A stretch of 64,000 nucleotides of DNA from a candidate division FCPU426 bacterium (lineage in GTDB: Bacteria > Oederibacteriota > Muellerivitia > Muellerivitales > Muellerivitaceae): contig DAIDGV010000003.1 of NCBI GenBank assembly GCA_027452205.1, positions 201,399 to 265,398 on the forward strand, in the 5' to 3' direction. A program made the position numbers and the translations under genes. Under the pieces are notes generated by a model. It was not told where the DNA came from and did not search any database. It saw nothing but the letters and a program-made list of their open reading frames with translations. Of the stretch, positions 40,822 through 50,954 are shown one piece after another (position 1 is the first letter of the stretch; the number at the start of each line of letters is the position of its first letter).

Positions 40822-41928
40822 CTAGACCCGGAAGTAGCAATGCCCCGGGGCCTGTTGGACGAAACCCTGCAGTTCCAGCGACAACAACAATTCATTCAAC
40901 CGCCGGGGATTGGCCCCCGTTGACCGGGCCAAAGCATCGATGTGGACCGGCTCATAAGCCAAATGTTCCAGGACCGCTCTTTCTTCTTCGCTCAACCTTT
41001 CCGCAGAAGGTGTCGTGATACCCACTCGTGATTTGAGGACCGTGCTGGCATGGGTGTCATGCAGTTCATGAAAAATATCTTCAACACTCGTTACCAGTTT
41101 CGCTCCCTGCTGGATCAAGGCATGGGTCCCTTCGGATTGCTTTTGGTGGATGGGTCCGGGGACCGCAAAGACGGGCTTTCCCTGATCCAAGGCGTGATCG
41201 ACGGTAATGAAAGAACCACTGTCCTTATTCGCTTCGACGACTAGCACGCCCCGGGAGGCTCCACTGATAAGACGGTTGCGTTGGGGAAAATGCATGGCCA
41301 AAGGCTTGGCCGAAAGGGGATATTCGCTGAAAAGGGCTCCTCGAGAAACGATTTCCTCGGCCAATTTCTTATTCTCGGGCGGATAAATGTTCAAAAGACC
41401 GCTTCCCAGAAAGGCGACCGTGCGGCCTTTTGAGAACTTGAGCGCTCCCTCGTGAGCGATCGAATCAATGCCCCGGGCCAGCCCCGAGACGACCGTATAG
41501 CCTGCCCGGGTAATGTCCTCGCCCAATTTCAGAGCCGCCTGTTTTCCGTAAAGACTAGGCCTGCGGCAACCGATCACCGCGATCGCCTTTTCGTCCCCGG
41601 GAAGATATTCACCGGCCCGCCAAAGAACAAAGGGCGGATCATAGAGGGATTCAAAAACGGCTGGAAAATCATCATCACCCTGGACCAAAACCGAGATGTC
41701 CTGGGCTTGGGCTCGTTCTAATTCTCTTTCGACCCTTTCACCGGGATCCTTCAACGCGAGTACTTTTTGGGCACTAGCAAGGGTCCAGTCTTTGAGGCCG
41801 CCCAAAACATCCTCAGTTGCGCCAAAAGCATCGGACGGGTCATGAAATCGATCGACAAGGGATTTTAACCGACGAGGGCCCACCACACCGGAAAGATGTA
41901 GGGCTAATAGAGTCGTTCGATGATCCAT
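40822..41928 (-). CDS. dprA: DNA-processing protein DprA
   Basis: VSGLARGID, FPQRNRLISG, VVEA and VFAVPG; C-terminal winged helix. Confidence 0.95.
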   Translation of the reverse strand: MDHRTTLLALHLSGVVGPRRLKSLVDRFHDPSDAFGATEDVLGGLKDWTLASAQKVLALKDPGERVERELERAQAQDISVLVQGDDDFPAVFESLYDPPFVLWRAGEYLPGDEKAIAVIGCRRPSLYGKQAALKLGEDITRAGYTVVSGLARGIDSIAHEGALKFSKGRTVAFLGSGLLNIYPPENKKLAEEIVSRGALFSEYPLSAKPLAMHFPQRNRLISGASRGVLVVEANKDSGSFITVDHALDQGKPVFAVPGPIHQKQSEGTHALIQQGAKLVTSVEDIFHELHDTHASTVLKSRVGITTPSAERLSEEERAVLEHLAYEPVHIDALARSTGANPRRLNELLLSLELQGFVQQAPGHCYFRV

Positions 41929-41937
41929 GGAAAGCTA

Positions 41938-42855
41938 TTACGGTTTATAGACTGCTTCAAAACCAGAAGCGATCGATTCCGAGTCGTTCAGGATCTGCGC
42001 CAAACAATAACTGCCACCAGCATAAAAAACTTTCGCCCAACCTCTTCTTTTACGCTCTTTGCGGTTATCAGAATTAAAGGTTATTTCGAATAATTGAAAG
42101 GTCATTCCTTCCACCACTCCCTGTTTTTTTCCAGCAGTCAGGATGAGATAATCGTTTTGATTCCAAGTATCGTGACCACGTTCGCCCCCGGCCACGTAAC
42201 ATTTGATAGTCTCGCTAGGCAAGGTCTTGACAACCCGGGCCTTGTCCCAGAGGTTTCGTTCACTGTCATAGAACTTAACCGGACTTCCCGCCGGGATAAG
42301 TTCGAAGGAATTTTCCACGTCTGCTAAATAACGCTGTTTCCCCACTTGCTCTCTTACGCGCAGAACGGCCAAATTCTTGATGAACCGTTTGTAAAAATTC
42401 GCGATCTTGACGGTCAAAGAGCCGCCATCGCCAAAAACGATCAACCGGACCCCCGGATCCAATTTCATCTTATCGTCGTTTACAAGTACATAAACGGATT
42501 TTGCCGCGCTCAAGCTATTATCCAACTCCGGTGTTCCATCAATATGGCCGATCGAGGGAATGTTCTTGATATCATTGGCCGCGTAACCGCTGGTCAGGAA
42601 ATAATTGAAATTGAGCTCATTTAAGTCCTCAGGACTCGTCTCCTCTCTGCCGTTATCCTGTCCACCCTTTTCAGCGGACATCAAAGTATCCGCATCATCC
42701 TCGTCATTCGACGTCGGCGAGACAACAATGACGCCATTATCCTTTTTCACATCCACCGTTCCCGCCACGACCCACTGGGCCACGCCCATGGTCAGCAATC
42801 CTGACAAAAGCATCGTTAAAAAACCAACCCGGTTATTAATGGTAGCCAGGTTCAC
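41938..42855 (-). CDS. exported hypothetical protein resembling the C-terminal part of the LysM/TsaP-type proteins found upstream of dprA; no LysM evident
   Basis: Signal peptide; GKKQGVVEG...AQIL...I-x-x-G pattern; position next to dprA. Confidence 0.5.
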   Translation of the reverse strand: MNLATINNRVGFLTMLLSGLLTMGVAQWVVAGTVDVKKDNGVIVVSPTSNDEDDADTLMSAEKGGQDNGREETSPEDLNELNFNYFLTSGYAANDIKNIPSIGHIDGTPELDNSLSAAKSVYVLVNDDKMKLDPGVRLIVFGDGGSLTVKIANFYKRFIKNLAVLRVREQVGKQRYLADVENSFELIPAGSPVKFYDSERNLWDKARVVKTLPSETIKCYVAGGERGHDTWNQNDYLILTAGKKQGVVEGMTFQLFEITFNSDNRKERKRRGWAKVFYAGGSYCLAQILNDSESIASGFEAVYKP

Positions 42856-43259
42856 TTTTGCACCTCATCGATGAGTGATTGCGCCTTGGACGCCCAATCA
42901 TCTTGCTTTGGATACTGGTCGATCACCGTTTGCAAATAGGGTATGGCCTGTACGCGCAAACCTTTGAGATATGAAGCATCTGCTTTGATCCTGCCACAAT
43001 AATAGAGAGCGGGCGCGCAAAGAGCCGCGTTATCAGGATAGGTTTGGTATAGATAATTGAACATCCGAATGGCCGTGTCCCCGTCGGTCAAAAACTCACA
43101 AGCCCGACCCGTATCATAAATTATTTCCGGCACATTGGGATCCGACTGGTTTTGTTGGGCCCACGTCAAGACCTGGTCCGCGACCAAATGGGGATTCAAA
43201 ACCACGACCAGGACCGCCCCGATGACCACCGCTATAAAGATCATAAACTTCAAATTCAT
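42852..43259 (-). CDS. membrane-anchored TPR-like protein
   Basis: N-terminal TM helix; YQTYP and IDQYP helix-end motifs. Confidence 0.6.
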   Translation of the reverse strand: MNLKFMIFIAVVIGAVLVVVLNPHLVADQVLTWAQQNQSDPNVPEIIYDTGRACEFLTDGDTAIRMFNYLYQTYPDNAALCAPALYYCGRIKADASYLKGLRVQAIPYLQTVIDQYPKQDDWASKAQSLIDEVQK

Positions 43260-43286
43260 GCTATCCCCTTAAAATAAAATGTAATG

Positions 43287-45590
43287 TTAACCGATCTTTG
43301 AAAAAATGCCGCTTAGAGTATTCTTCTTGATCTTCGCTTCCTCGATCTTCTTGGAGATCTTATCGTTCAACGGGTCCAGATCGAATACCTTCGACCAAAT
43401 GCGGATGGCCCGGTCCATATCATTGGCATCGTAATATTGCTTTCCTTCGACATATATCTTTTCATTGATCTGTTGGATCTGCGCTTTGATCCCGTCCAAT
43501 TGACGCACGGCATCCGGATGACCGGGCGAAAGGCGGATGACCTTGTTGAATTGCTTTTGGGCTTGGTTCAGGTCGCCTATTTGGACCGCCTGGACACCTT
43601 CCTCATAAAATTCTTTGATCTGTTGTTCTTCCATGTGGACTGCCTTTTGAAGGTATGCGTTCAAATAAACGTTACCTTCGGCCTTGCCCAATCCCCGTTT
43701 GAAGAAGTCCGTTGCGGTCTGAAAATCGCCTTTTACGTAACTCTTGACGCCTTGTTCGAACATACCCAGGATGATGGCCTTTTCAGGGTTTCCGTCCAAA
43801 CCATCCACGCCCACTGAAAGGATCTGGGCGATACCCTGTTGTATATATTGCGCCACATCCGTCAACTCGGAGTTGACCTCATAAGCTTGGTTCCAGAGGA
43901 CCAAAGCGGCTAAGAGGTCTCCCGCTTTATAGGCGTCAATAGCGCCCTGGTTATATTCATTCGCCTTGAGGCGGGCTTTTTCTTGCTGGGCCGCCTTTTT
44001 CAATTCGCGCAAAAGCACACCCGCTTGTTCGTGATTCGGGTCAAAGATCAACACCTGTTCCACACTGGCGATGGCGTTTGTTATGTCGTTCTGTTGTTTA
44101 TAGGTCATCGCCGCTTGATAGTATTGGAGAGCCTTCGCCTTGTTCTCTTGCTCATCTTGGATGGCTTTCAAATAACCCTGAGCCTGTTTGTTTTCCGGAT
44201 CCACTTCCAAAGCCTTCTGGAATTCGATGATGGCCGCTTGGGCTTTTCCTTCACGGTACATTTGCAGGGCCGCCTTGATCACCGAACCGGCATCTTTTTT
44301 CTTTTCAGTCTTACTTTCCAATTCCCGCAGTTGGGCCATGAGCACATTGGCCTCTTTATGGTCGGGTATCTCCATCAAGATGCGCTTGATCTCCGCGCGA
44401 GCTTCATCATAACGGCGCTTATCAAAATAATCCTGGCCTCGGCGAAGCCAACCGGCCACCCGTTCCTTGCGCTGATCCCCCTCAAGTTGGGACATAAGCG
44501 ATTGCGCGGAAGCCCTGGAGGAAGAAATGCCCTTGAGACCGAGGTCGATCTCACTGGGCGAACTGGCCTGCTCCATCGCGCTTTCGCGGCTAATGAAATT
44601 GGCCCGCACCAACCCGATCAAGGATTGATCAAAGGTCTGCATACCATACTGGCTATTCCCCTCAGCGATGAACTGACGGATACTGCTGATCTTCCCGTCT
44701 GCGATAAGGGATTTGATGGTCGGCGTCACGATCATGATCTCGCAAGCAGGCACCACTCCTACCCCGCCAGCCTTAGTGACCAAACGTTGGGAAATGACCG
44801 CCCGCAGCGTATTCGACAATTGTATCCGGATCTGGTTCTGCTGTTCCGGCGGGAAGAAATCGAGGATACGTTCAATGGTCTGGGTCGTATCCATGGTGTG
44901 CAGGGTGGACAAGACCAAGTGACCTGTTTCGGCAGCTGTAATAGCCGCCTGAACCGTTTCCACATCGCGCATTTCACCGACCAGGATGATGTCCGGATCT
45001 TGGCGCAAAACATATTTGAGGGCCGAACGGAAGGTCTCCGTATCAAGCCCCACTTCTCGCTGGGTGATACTGGATTTTTTGTCTTGGTGAACGAACTCGA
45101 TCGGGTCTTCCACGGTCACGATATGGGACGCGCGGTTCATGTTCATCTCATTGATCATGGCCGCTAGGGTCGTGGACTTACCGGACCCGGTAATACCCGT
45201 GACCAGGATAAGACCCCGGGGTTCCATCGCGATCTGTTTCAAGACCGCCGTAGGCATATTGATGTCCTCGATCTGGGGCACATGGGTCGGGATGACCCGC
45301 ATGATGATCTCCGGCAATCCCCTTTGCCAAAGGATGTTCGTACGGAACCGGGCCAACCCCTGTACCTCATAGGCCAAATCCACCTCTCGGTGATTCTCGA
45401 AATAGGCTTGCCGCTGTTTATCGTCCATCAATTGACCGGCCACTTCACGCATTTCTTCCACGGAAAGGGCGGTCTCACTTTGGGGGGACAGATCGCCATC
45501 GATACGGAAAAGAGGGGGAGCACCCGCCTTCAGGTGCACGTCAGAGGCTTTATGTTCGACCATGGAATGTAGGATTTGATGCAGGTCCAT
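43287..45590 (-). CDS. pilT: PilT/PilU-family ATPase fused to a long TPR region
   Basis: ASDVHL, GITGSGKST, EDPIEF, LRQDPD, ETGHLVLSTLHT and GMQTFDQ; about 400 aa of TPRs follow. Confidence 0.88.
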   Translation of the reverse strand: MDLHQILHSMVEHKASDVHLKAGAPPLFRIDGDLSPQSETALSVEEMREVAGQLMDDKQRQAYFENHREVDLAYEVQGLARFRTNILWQRGLPEIIMRVIPTHVPQIEDINMPTAVLKQIAMEPRGLILVTGITGSGKSTTLAAMINEMNMNRASHIVTVEDPIEFVHQDKKSSITQREVGLDTETFRSALKYVLRQDPDIILVGEMRDVETVQAAITAAETGHLVLSTLHTMDTTQTIERILDFFPPEQQNQIRIQLSNTLRAVISQRLVTKAGGVGVVPACEIMIVTPTIKSLIADGKISSIRQFIAEGNSQYGMQTFDQSLIGLVRANFISRESAMEQASSPSEIDLGLKGISSSRASAQSLMSQLEGDQRKERVAGWLRRGQDYFDKRRYDEARAEIKRILMEIPDHKEANVLMAQLRELESKTEKKKDAGSVIKAALQMYREGKAQAAIIEFQKALEVDPENKQAQGYLKAIQDEQENKAKALQYYQAAMTYKQQNDITNAIASVEQVLIFDPNHEQAGVLLRELKKAAQQEKARLKANEYNQGAIDAYKAGDLLAALVLWNQAYEVNSELTDVAQYIQQGIAQILSVGVDGLDGNPEKAIILGMFEQGVKSYVKGDFQTATDFFKRGLGKAEGNVYLNAYLQKAVHMEEQQIKEFYEEGVQAVQIGDLNQAQKQFNKVIRLSPGHPDAVRQLDGIKAQIQQINEKIYVEGKQYYDANDMDRAIRIWSKVFDLDPLNDKISKKIEEAKIKKNTLSGIFSKIG

Positions 45591-45677
45591 CAAAATTCTC
45601 CCGGTAGGTCCGGCTGGTCAGCGAAGGTGTTCATTATAACAATAAAAGCCCGGCAAAATTCATCCCCCTTCGCTATT

Positions 45678-47837
45678 TTAGGGCGCTTTTTCCATGATCG
45701 CGGCCCGGGTCTCATTGGATAAAAAGACGGCCCCTTCTCGATTGAACCATTCGATTAAGCGACCATAATCGGCCAAGGTTTTATCCCGCATCGGAGGCGT
45801 AGTTTTTACCATTTCTTCCCAACTCCCCTCCCAATGCCGCCGGACACCCTTCTTGCCTTCGCTTGTTAGGCTGGGATTCTCGTCATTTTTATTCAAACCC
45901 AAGTCCAAATAAGCACGGGCCTGCGCCACATTGCCATCAAGCAGATAGAGATGAGCCAAATTTATGTATGCTCCCAGATCATAAGGATTGGCCTCAATGG
46001 CTTTCTGGTTCAACCGCATGGCCAACTTGAAATATCCCTTTTGTGCGCACAGGCCCGCCATCGGTCCCATCATATTCAATGCCGGATCCAATTCATGACC
46101 TTTGTCGATAAAGACCAAGGCATGGTCCAGATCGCCCTTTTGACGGAACCAAAAGCCCATATCGAAATATTGTTGTGTATAGAACATTTGGATCTCATGA
46201 GTCGTTACATCTTCCGCGTCAAAGGTTTCGTCCAAATCCCGGTGGCGCTCCAGAGCGACTTTCTCGTCAAAGGACCGGATCACCTCATCCGACCCCGGTT
46301 CCTTTTGGCCCCACTTTTGGGTCAAGGCCCAGGGGAACCAATATCCATTGAAACGTTTCGGGAAGCTGGTCTGCATTTCACGCAGGTCCAAGAACAATCC
46401 CCGTCCATCCACCAGGCTGGTCAAAGCCTCTAAGTGGGCCGGTAGTTCCTTCAAGTTGTTCAAGGACCGAGGCGCTTTTGGTTCTTGCGCTCCTAATTGG
46501 GCCCAACCCCAGTCATGCAAAAGGAAATGCGATACTTGAAAAACCAAGTCCTTCCTCTTGCCTTCAACTTCCCTTTCATAAACGAGTGGCATGACATAAA
46601 TATCCGAATCGGCCAGGAAAATGGACCGGGCCGGAAGGAACTTGACGGCATTCAAGGCGAGATCGGAAGACGCTGTATATCGACTCTTATTTTCATGATG
46701 GAAAGTCCAAAAACACCAACCGCATGCCGCGATCAACAAGAACACCACCGCTATTCGTCCGATCCGTTCCTTTTGATCGACCAGACCCTTGGACAAATAG
46801 AACGCCATCAGCGCTTGGGTCGGCACCAAATAAACCCCTACCAAAAATCGGGTCTCTTCCCTTGGGATCATCAGGACACCCAGGACCATGGGCAGGTAAA
46901 ACATCAAGCTCGAGCAAAAAAGAGCCCGATTGGAGCGATAAAGACAGAAAGCTCCCCATAGTGCGAACAAGAGTATTCCCGGAAGCCAATGGCTTCCGAG
47001 CACTTTTAAATATTCGCCCATGAACGAAAGATAGTAGGAAGAAGAACGGAACAGCGGCTCACTGCCGGAGGCCAACTTGCGGCTCACGACCCACCAAAAC
47101 TCAGATAGAGACATCGGGTTCCCCCAACAAAAACCAGGTTTTTGCGCGGCACGTAAGGGCAGATAAAGATAGGTCGACAGTCCGATCAAGAGGACCGAAA
47201 GGCCCTGGATCGTTCTTTTTATGCCCCACTGGAACTTTTCCTGCCAACCCCAATAGACCAGGAAAGGCACCCAAAGCACTTGGCTTTCCCAGTGATTCGT
47301 CATGCCGACTGCCCACAAGAACCAAAGGAACAGGAACAATGGCGTCGAAAGACCTTTGCCTTCGTTCCGGACCCTCAACCACCAAAAGAAAGACAAAAAG
47401 AGGAGTGTCAAGGTATAAACCCCACCTTTGGCGGTCAAAGCTTGGGCAAAAACACTTCGACAGGAAAAAAGAAAAAGAAGGACCGCGATCGTCAAAAAAG
47501 TTGGCTTCCATCCAGCCGCTTCTTTGTTCGAAGAAATTTTTAAAGCGGATACCCCGACAAAAGCCAGTGACAAAAGAACGAAAAGACTAGAAAGCAGATT
47601 CAATCGAAAAGCGACAATACCCACGGGAACCAGTGAAAAAAGTCGCCCCAAAAGACAGAACAAGGGATAACCCGGCGGATGGGGCAATCCCAGCCCATAG
47701 GCCGCTGCCACCATTTCCCCGCTGTCATCCGACATCAAACCCGGGTTCTGGGCCCAAAGCGTGATCTGCCACAAAACCAAAAGGAACAGACACCAAGCCC
47801 ACAAGGGCGGTAATTTGATGGGTTTTACGGTGGTCAT
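45678..47837 (-). CDS. DUF2723/TMEM260-like membrane glycosyltransferase with C-terminal TPR
   Basis: DSGEM...LGLPHPPGYPLF, NH, YLYLPLRA and WGNP. Confidence 0.8.
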   Translation of the reverse strand: MTTVKPIKLPPLWAWCLFLLVLWQITLWAQNPGLMSDDSGEMVAAAYGLGLPHPPGYPLFCLLGRLFSLVPVGIVAFRLNLLSSLFVLLSLAFVGVSALKISSNKEAAGWKPTFLTIAVLLFLFSCRSVFAQALTAKGGVYTLTLLFLSFFWWLRVRNEGKGLSTPLFLFLWFLWAVGMTNHWESQVLWVPFLVYWGWQEKFQWGIKRTIQGLSVLLIGLSTYLYLPLRAAQKPGFCWGNPMSLSEFWWVVSRKLASGSEPLFRSSSYYLSFMGEYLKVLGSHWLPGILLFALWGAFCLYRSNRALFCSSLMFYLPMVLGVLMIPREETRFLVGVYLVPTQALMAFYLSKGLVDQKERIGRIAVVFLLIAACGWCFWTFHHENKSRYTASSDLALNAVKFLPARSIFLADSDIYVMPLVYEREVEGKRKDLVFQVSHFLLHDWGWAQLGAQEPKAPRSLNNLKELPAHLEALTSLVDGRGLFLDLREMQTSFPKRFNGYWFPWALTQKWGQKEPGSDEVIRSFDEKVALERHRDLDETFDAEDVTTHEIQMFYTQQYFDMGFWFRQKGDLDHALVFIDKGHELDPALNMMGPMAGLCAQKGYFKLAMRLNQKAIEANPYDLGAYINLAHLYLLDGNVAQARAYLDLGLNKNDENPSLTSEGKKGVRRHWEGSWEEMVKTTPPMRDKTLADYGRLIEWFNREGAVFLSNETRAAIMEKAP

Positions 47838-47848
47838 TTTGAACCCGC

Positions 47849-50209
47849 CTAGCGCTTGGGTTTGTTGATCAACTTCCACAACTCTACTTGAGCTTCTTTA
47901 TTCTGCGGGTCCACCGTAATGACCGACCGGAAAGCCTCCTCTGCCTTGCCCCAATCCCCAGACTGCTCCATGGCGTGTCCCAAGGCCATTTGAGCTTCCA
48001 CTTGCTTCGGGTTTATCTGGACCGAGGATTCCAAAAGGGCCTTTGCCTCTTGGACCCTTCCTTGTTTTTCATAGATCTTGGAAAGTTGGTATTGGGCATC
48101 CGCCAATTCACTATTGAGTTTCACCAATTGGCCCAGGTCGTCCGCCGACTTGGTCGAATCCTTTGCCTCTTGGGCGGCATCCAAAGCCCTCATCAATTGA
48201 TCGATAGCTTTCGGATGGGTTTGAAGCACCTTTTCATATTCCAACTGGGCCGCTTCCAGCAAATTATGCTGGGAATAGATAAGGGAAAGTTGGTCCATGG
48301 ACCCTTTATCCGCCGGGTCCAATCGCGCCGCGCGGTCAAAAGCGTGAATGGCATCCGCATATCTTCCCTGCGCCAAAAGCGACTGCCCCAGCGCCTTGAA
48401 ACCTTCTACATAGCTTTTTAAATAGGCCCTGGACCTTTTATCCATTCCCTCGTGGGCAATTGGGATCAAAGACAGGTCATAACGGTATTGAAAGCTCGCC
48501 GGGTCCACCAGATCGGTCTGGTCTTGGAACAACTCGGTCAAACCCGTGGGCACCGCCGCGGGCTCTGTCCAACCGGAAGGTAACCCCAGGCGACACCAAT
48601 GGATCTGCCAGCGGTCCCGGTTGTCCAGCACCAGACTTTTGACCAAAAGCTCCGGGGTGCCTATCGAATTGGAGAACAACAACTCAGGCTTTTTCTCAAT
48701 CCATTGGGACAGATACCAACGCTGATCCAGGCAATTGGGATCGATGACCGCTCCCTGTCGGTTTGAAGGCTCCATCCACCAAGCTTCCAATGTTCCGTAG
48801 TATTCAAAAGGACTATCACAGATCAAAAGCGACCGCTGCCCTAGAGGGCGAATCAAGTTCAAAGCGTGTTGCTGTGGAAAGAAATATTGGTCCCTGACCT
48901 GTCTTTGACCTGGCAGCCAAGTCAATCCCATGGCGATCAAAAGGCCTAAAAAAGCCAGCCAGCCCACGTTCGCTTTTGACAGCAAGCGGTTAGAAAGGCC
49001 AGCCCGGCGGTCGAAGGAGAACGCGAAGAACCCGGCCATCCCAGCCACGAACCAAAGCGAGGTCGCTCCCAAAAGATCGGTGCTATTGGAGTAGAAAAGA
49101 ACCGCTCCACCGCCACAGAGAAGCCAAACCCAAAGATCCATCGGTGAGACCATTTTGCGGGACATCTCCACCCCGTTGAGCAGATTGAAAAGCCCTAAAA
49201 GCGCCGTCAACAAGAGCAAAAACGCCACTTCCCATCCCAAAGCGCCCAAAGCGTTCGTCCAAGACCAATCGGTAGCGAAATGCTTCAACATCAAGCCAAA
49301 AGACGAACGAAGCATCTCTAAAAAGGGCTTTTGCCCGCCCCAAGAGGGAAACATGCTCCCCTTCCGGAAAAAGACCCAAAGATAGGGAGAAAGGCCCAAT
49401 AGGAAAGCGAACCAGTTCTTGTCCATTTCATTGCGCACTGCCTCGTGGGCCCAAAAGGACAAGAGGCCGGCCAAACCCCAAAGAGGATGGACACACCAAA
49501 GAAGTCCCATTAAGAGCGTTGATAGGACTGAATGGTCTTTCCCCAATTGAAGTGAATGCCGTTGAAGGAGGAACAACAGAAGACCCAACCCCGAAACCAG
49601 CCCCGAGGCCATGGTGGCCGCCGTCCACAGGGGGCGGCTCAGGCCCAGCGCCAAACAAACGAACAAGACAAACAATTGATGCAGACGGATCTTGCTCTTG
49701 AATTGACTTAGCAGCTCTTGGGCCGTCACGAACAAGACCAAGGAGATCACAAACCCGGAAAGCATCGGGAGAACGGAAAAAACATGGTCCGGGAAAAGAT
49801 AACAGGTCGCTTCCCCGATCATATAGGCCAAAGGCGACCAGATCGGCTCCACTACCGCCCCCGCATGGACCGCCAACCAAAAAGAGGGGTCATATCCCCA
49901 GTAAAAAGAAGGAAGGGCTGAATAGAAATAAAGGGCAAGGAGCGGCACTGCTGCCAAAAGCCCCAGAACGAAGGAAACGCGGGTCACCCGGACGGCCTTT
50001 CCGGCATTCCATCGGAAAGCAAAACAGAGGAGACCTAACAGAACGGCACTGGCGCCAGAGCCCAGATAATCATGGCCAAATCTCCACCAGCCCCAAAGGG
50101 TAAAACCAGTTCCCAAAAGCAACAATATCCCCTGGATCCTTTCCCAATTTTCCTCTTGGAGCCGGACTTCTTCGTCAGCGGCTAGTTCTTCGATATTGTT
50201 ATGCTTCAT
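47849..50209 (-). CDS. polytopic membrane protein with C-terminal TPRs, possibly a degenerate DUF2723 paralog
   Basis: PSFYWG...EPIWSPLAYMIG, HPL, LSPYLW and SWG parallel the neighbour's layout; clear TPRs. Confidence 0.65.
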   Translation of the reverse strand: MKHNNIEELAADEEVRLQEENWERIQGILLLLGTGFTLWGWWRFGHDYLGSGASAVLLGLLCFAFRWNAGKAVRVTRVSFVLGLLAAVPLLALYFYSALPSFYWGYDPSFWLAVHAGAVVEPIWSPLAYMIGEATCYLFPDHVFSVLPMLSGFVISLVLFVTAQELLSQFKSKIRLHQLFVLFVCLALGLSRPLWTAATMASGLVSGLGLLLFLLQRHSLQLGKDHSVLSTLLMGLLWCVHPLWGLAGLLSFWAHEAVRNEMDKNWFAFLLGLSPYLWVFFRKGSMFPSWGGQKPFLEMLRSSFGLMLKHFATDWSWTNALGALGWEVAFLLLLTALLGLFNLLNGVEMSRKMVSPMDLWVWLLCGGGAVLFYSNSTDLLGATSLWFVAGMAGFFAFSFDRRAGLSNRLLSKANVGWLAFLGLLIAMGLTWLPGQRQVRDQYFFPQQHALNLIRPLGQRSLLICDSPFEYYGTLEAWWMEPSNRQGAVIDPNCLDQRWYLSQWIEKKPELLFSNSIGTPELLVKSLVLDNRDRWQIHWCRLGLPSGWTEPAAVPTGLTELFQDQTDLVDPASFQYRYDLSLIPIAHEGMDKRSRAYLKSYVEGFKALGQSLLAQGRYADAIHAFDRAARLDPADKGSMDQLSLIYSQHNLLEAAQLEYEKVLQTHPKAIDQLMRALDAAQEAKDSTKSADDLGQLVKLNSELADAQYQLSKIYEKQGRVQEAKALLESSVQINPKQVEAQMALGHAMEQSGDWGKAEEAFRSVITVDPQNKEAQVELWKLINKPKR

Positions 50210-50954
50210 GGATCTTCCGCCATATCAGTGCAATGCCCTTCAGGGTCAGGTCGGGCTCAATGGTCTTAAAAAGCCCGGTCTTTTGGAATACGGAGCAGAA
50301 TCCACCCGTGGCGATAGCCGGAGCGGAGGCCGTTTTTAATTCCTTTCGAATACGGGTCAACAGTTCCCGAGTAGTACCGATCGCCCCGTGATAAACACCC
50401 GACCGGACCGCTTCCTCGGTGGTATGGCCGATGGCGAATCGGACCTTTTCGAATTTCACCAGGGGGATCTTCGCGGTGTAATCATGGAGGGCCCTGACCG
50501 AAATGCCTAAGCCCGGCAGGATGGCCCCGCCGAAGTAATTCCCCTGTCGGTCCACCACATCGAAAGTGGTACCCGTCCCATAATCGACCACGATGGCCGG
50601 ATGTCCATAAAGTTCCTTGGCCGCCACCGCGTTGGCCAAACGGTCCGCGCCCACTTGAGCGGGCTTCTTGAGTTTCACCTTCAGGCCCATCGGGGTCCGG
50701 TGATCGACAAAAACGGGTTTTAAATAAAATGCGGCTTGAATGGATCTTTGAACAAAGCCGTCCACAGGCGGCACCACGCTGGCAACAACCACCCCTTTGA
50801 CCGGGGAAAGCCGGGCCAGCTTTTTGGCCCAAACTAGGGCTTTGGAGGAGGAACGGAGCGTGGCCGTGGGCACAATCTCCCTTTTGAGGATAGTCGTTCC
50901 CTTCATCAGGGCCGAGACCGTCCTGGTGTTACCGATCAAAACCGCCCAGATCAT
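50199..50954 (-). CDS. coaX: type III pantothenate kinase
   Basis: IGNTRT, ASVVP, GADR, VDYGTGTTFD and ATGG. Confidence 0.93.
   Translation of the reverse strand: MIWAVLIGNTRTVSALMKGTTILKREIVPTATLRSSSKALVWAKKLARLSPVKGVVVASVVPPVDGFVQRSIQAAFYLKPVFVDHRTPMGLKVKLKKPAQVGADRLANAVAAKELYGHPAIVVDYGTGTTFDVVDRQGNYFGGAILPGLGISVRALHDYTAKIPLVKFEKVRFAIGHTTEEAVRSGVYHGAIGTTRELLTRIRKELKTASAPAIATGGFCSVFQKTGLFKTIEPDLTLKGIALIWRKIHEA

Noticed and set aside
43983..45167. 394-aa plus-strand ORF (likewise 27775-28701 and 38359-39204)
   Set aside because: Antisense shadows of well-supported minus-strand genes.
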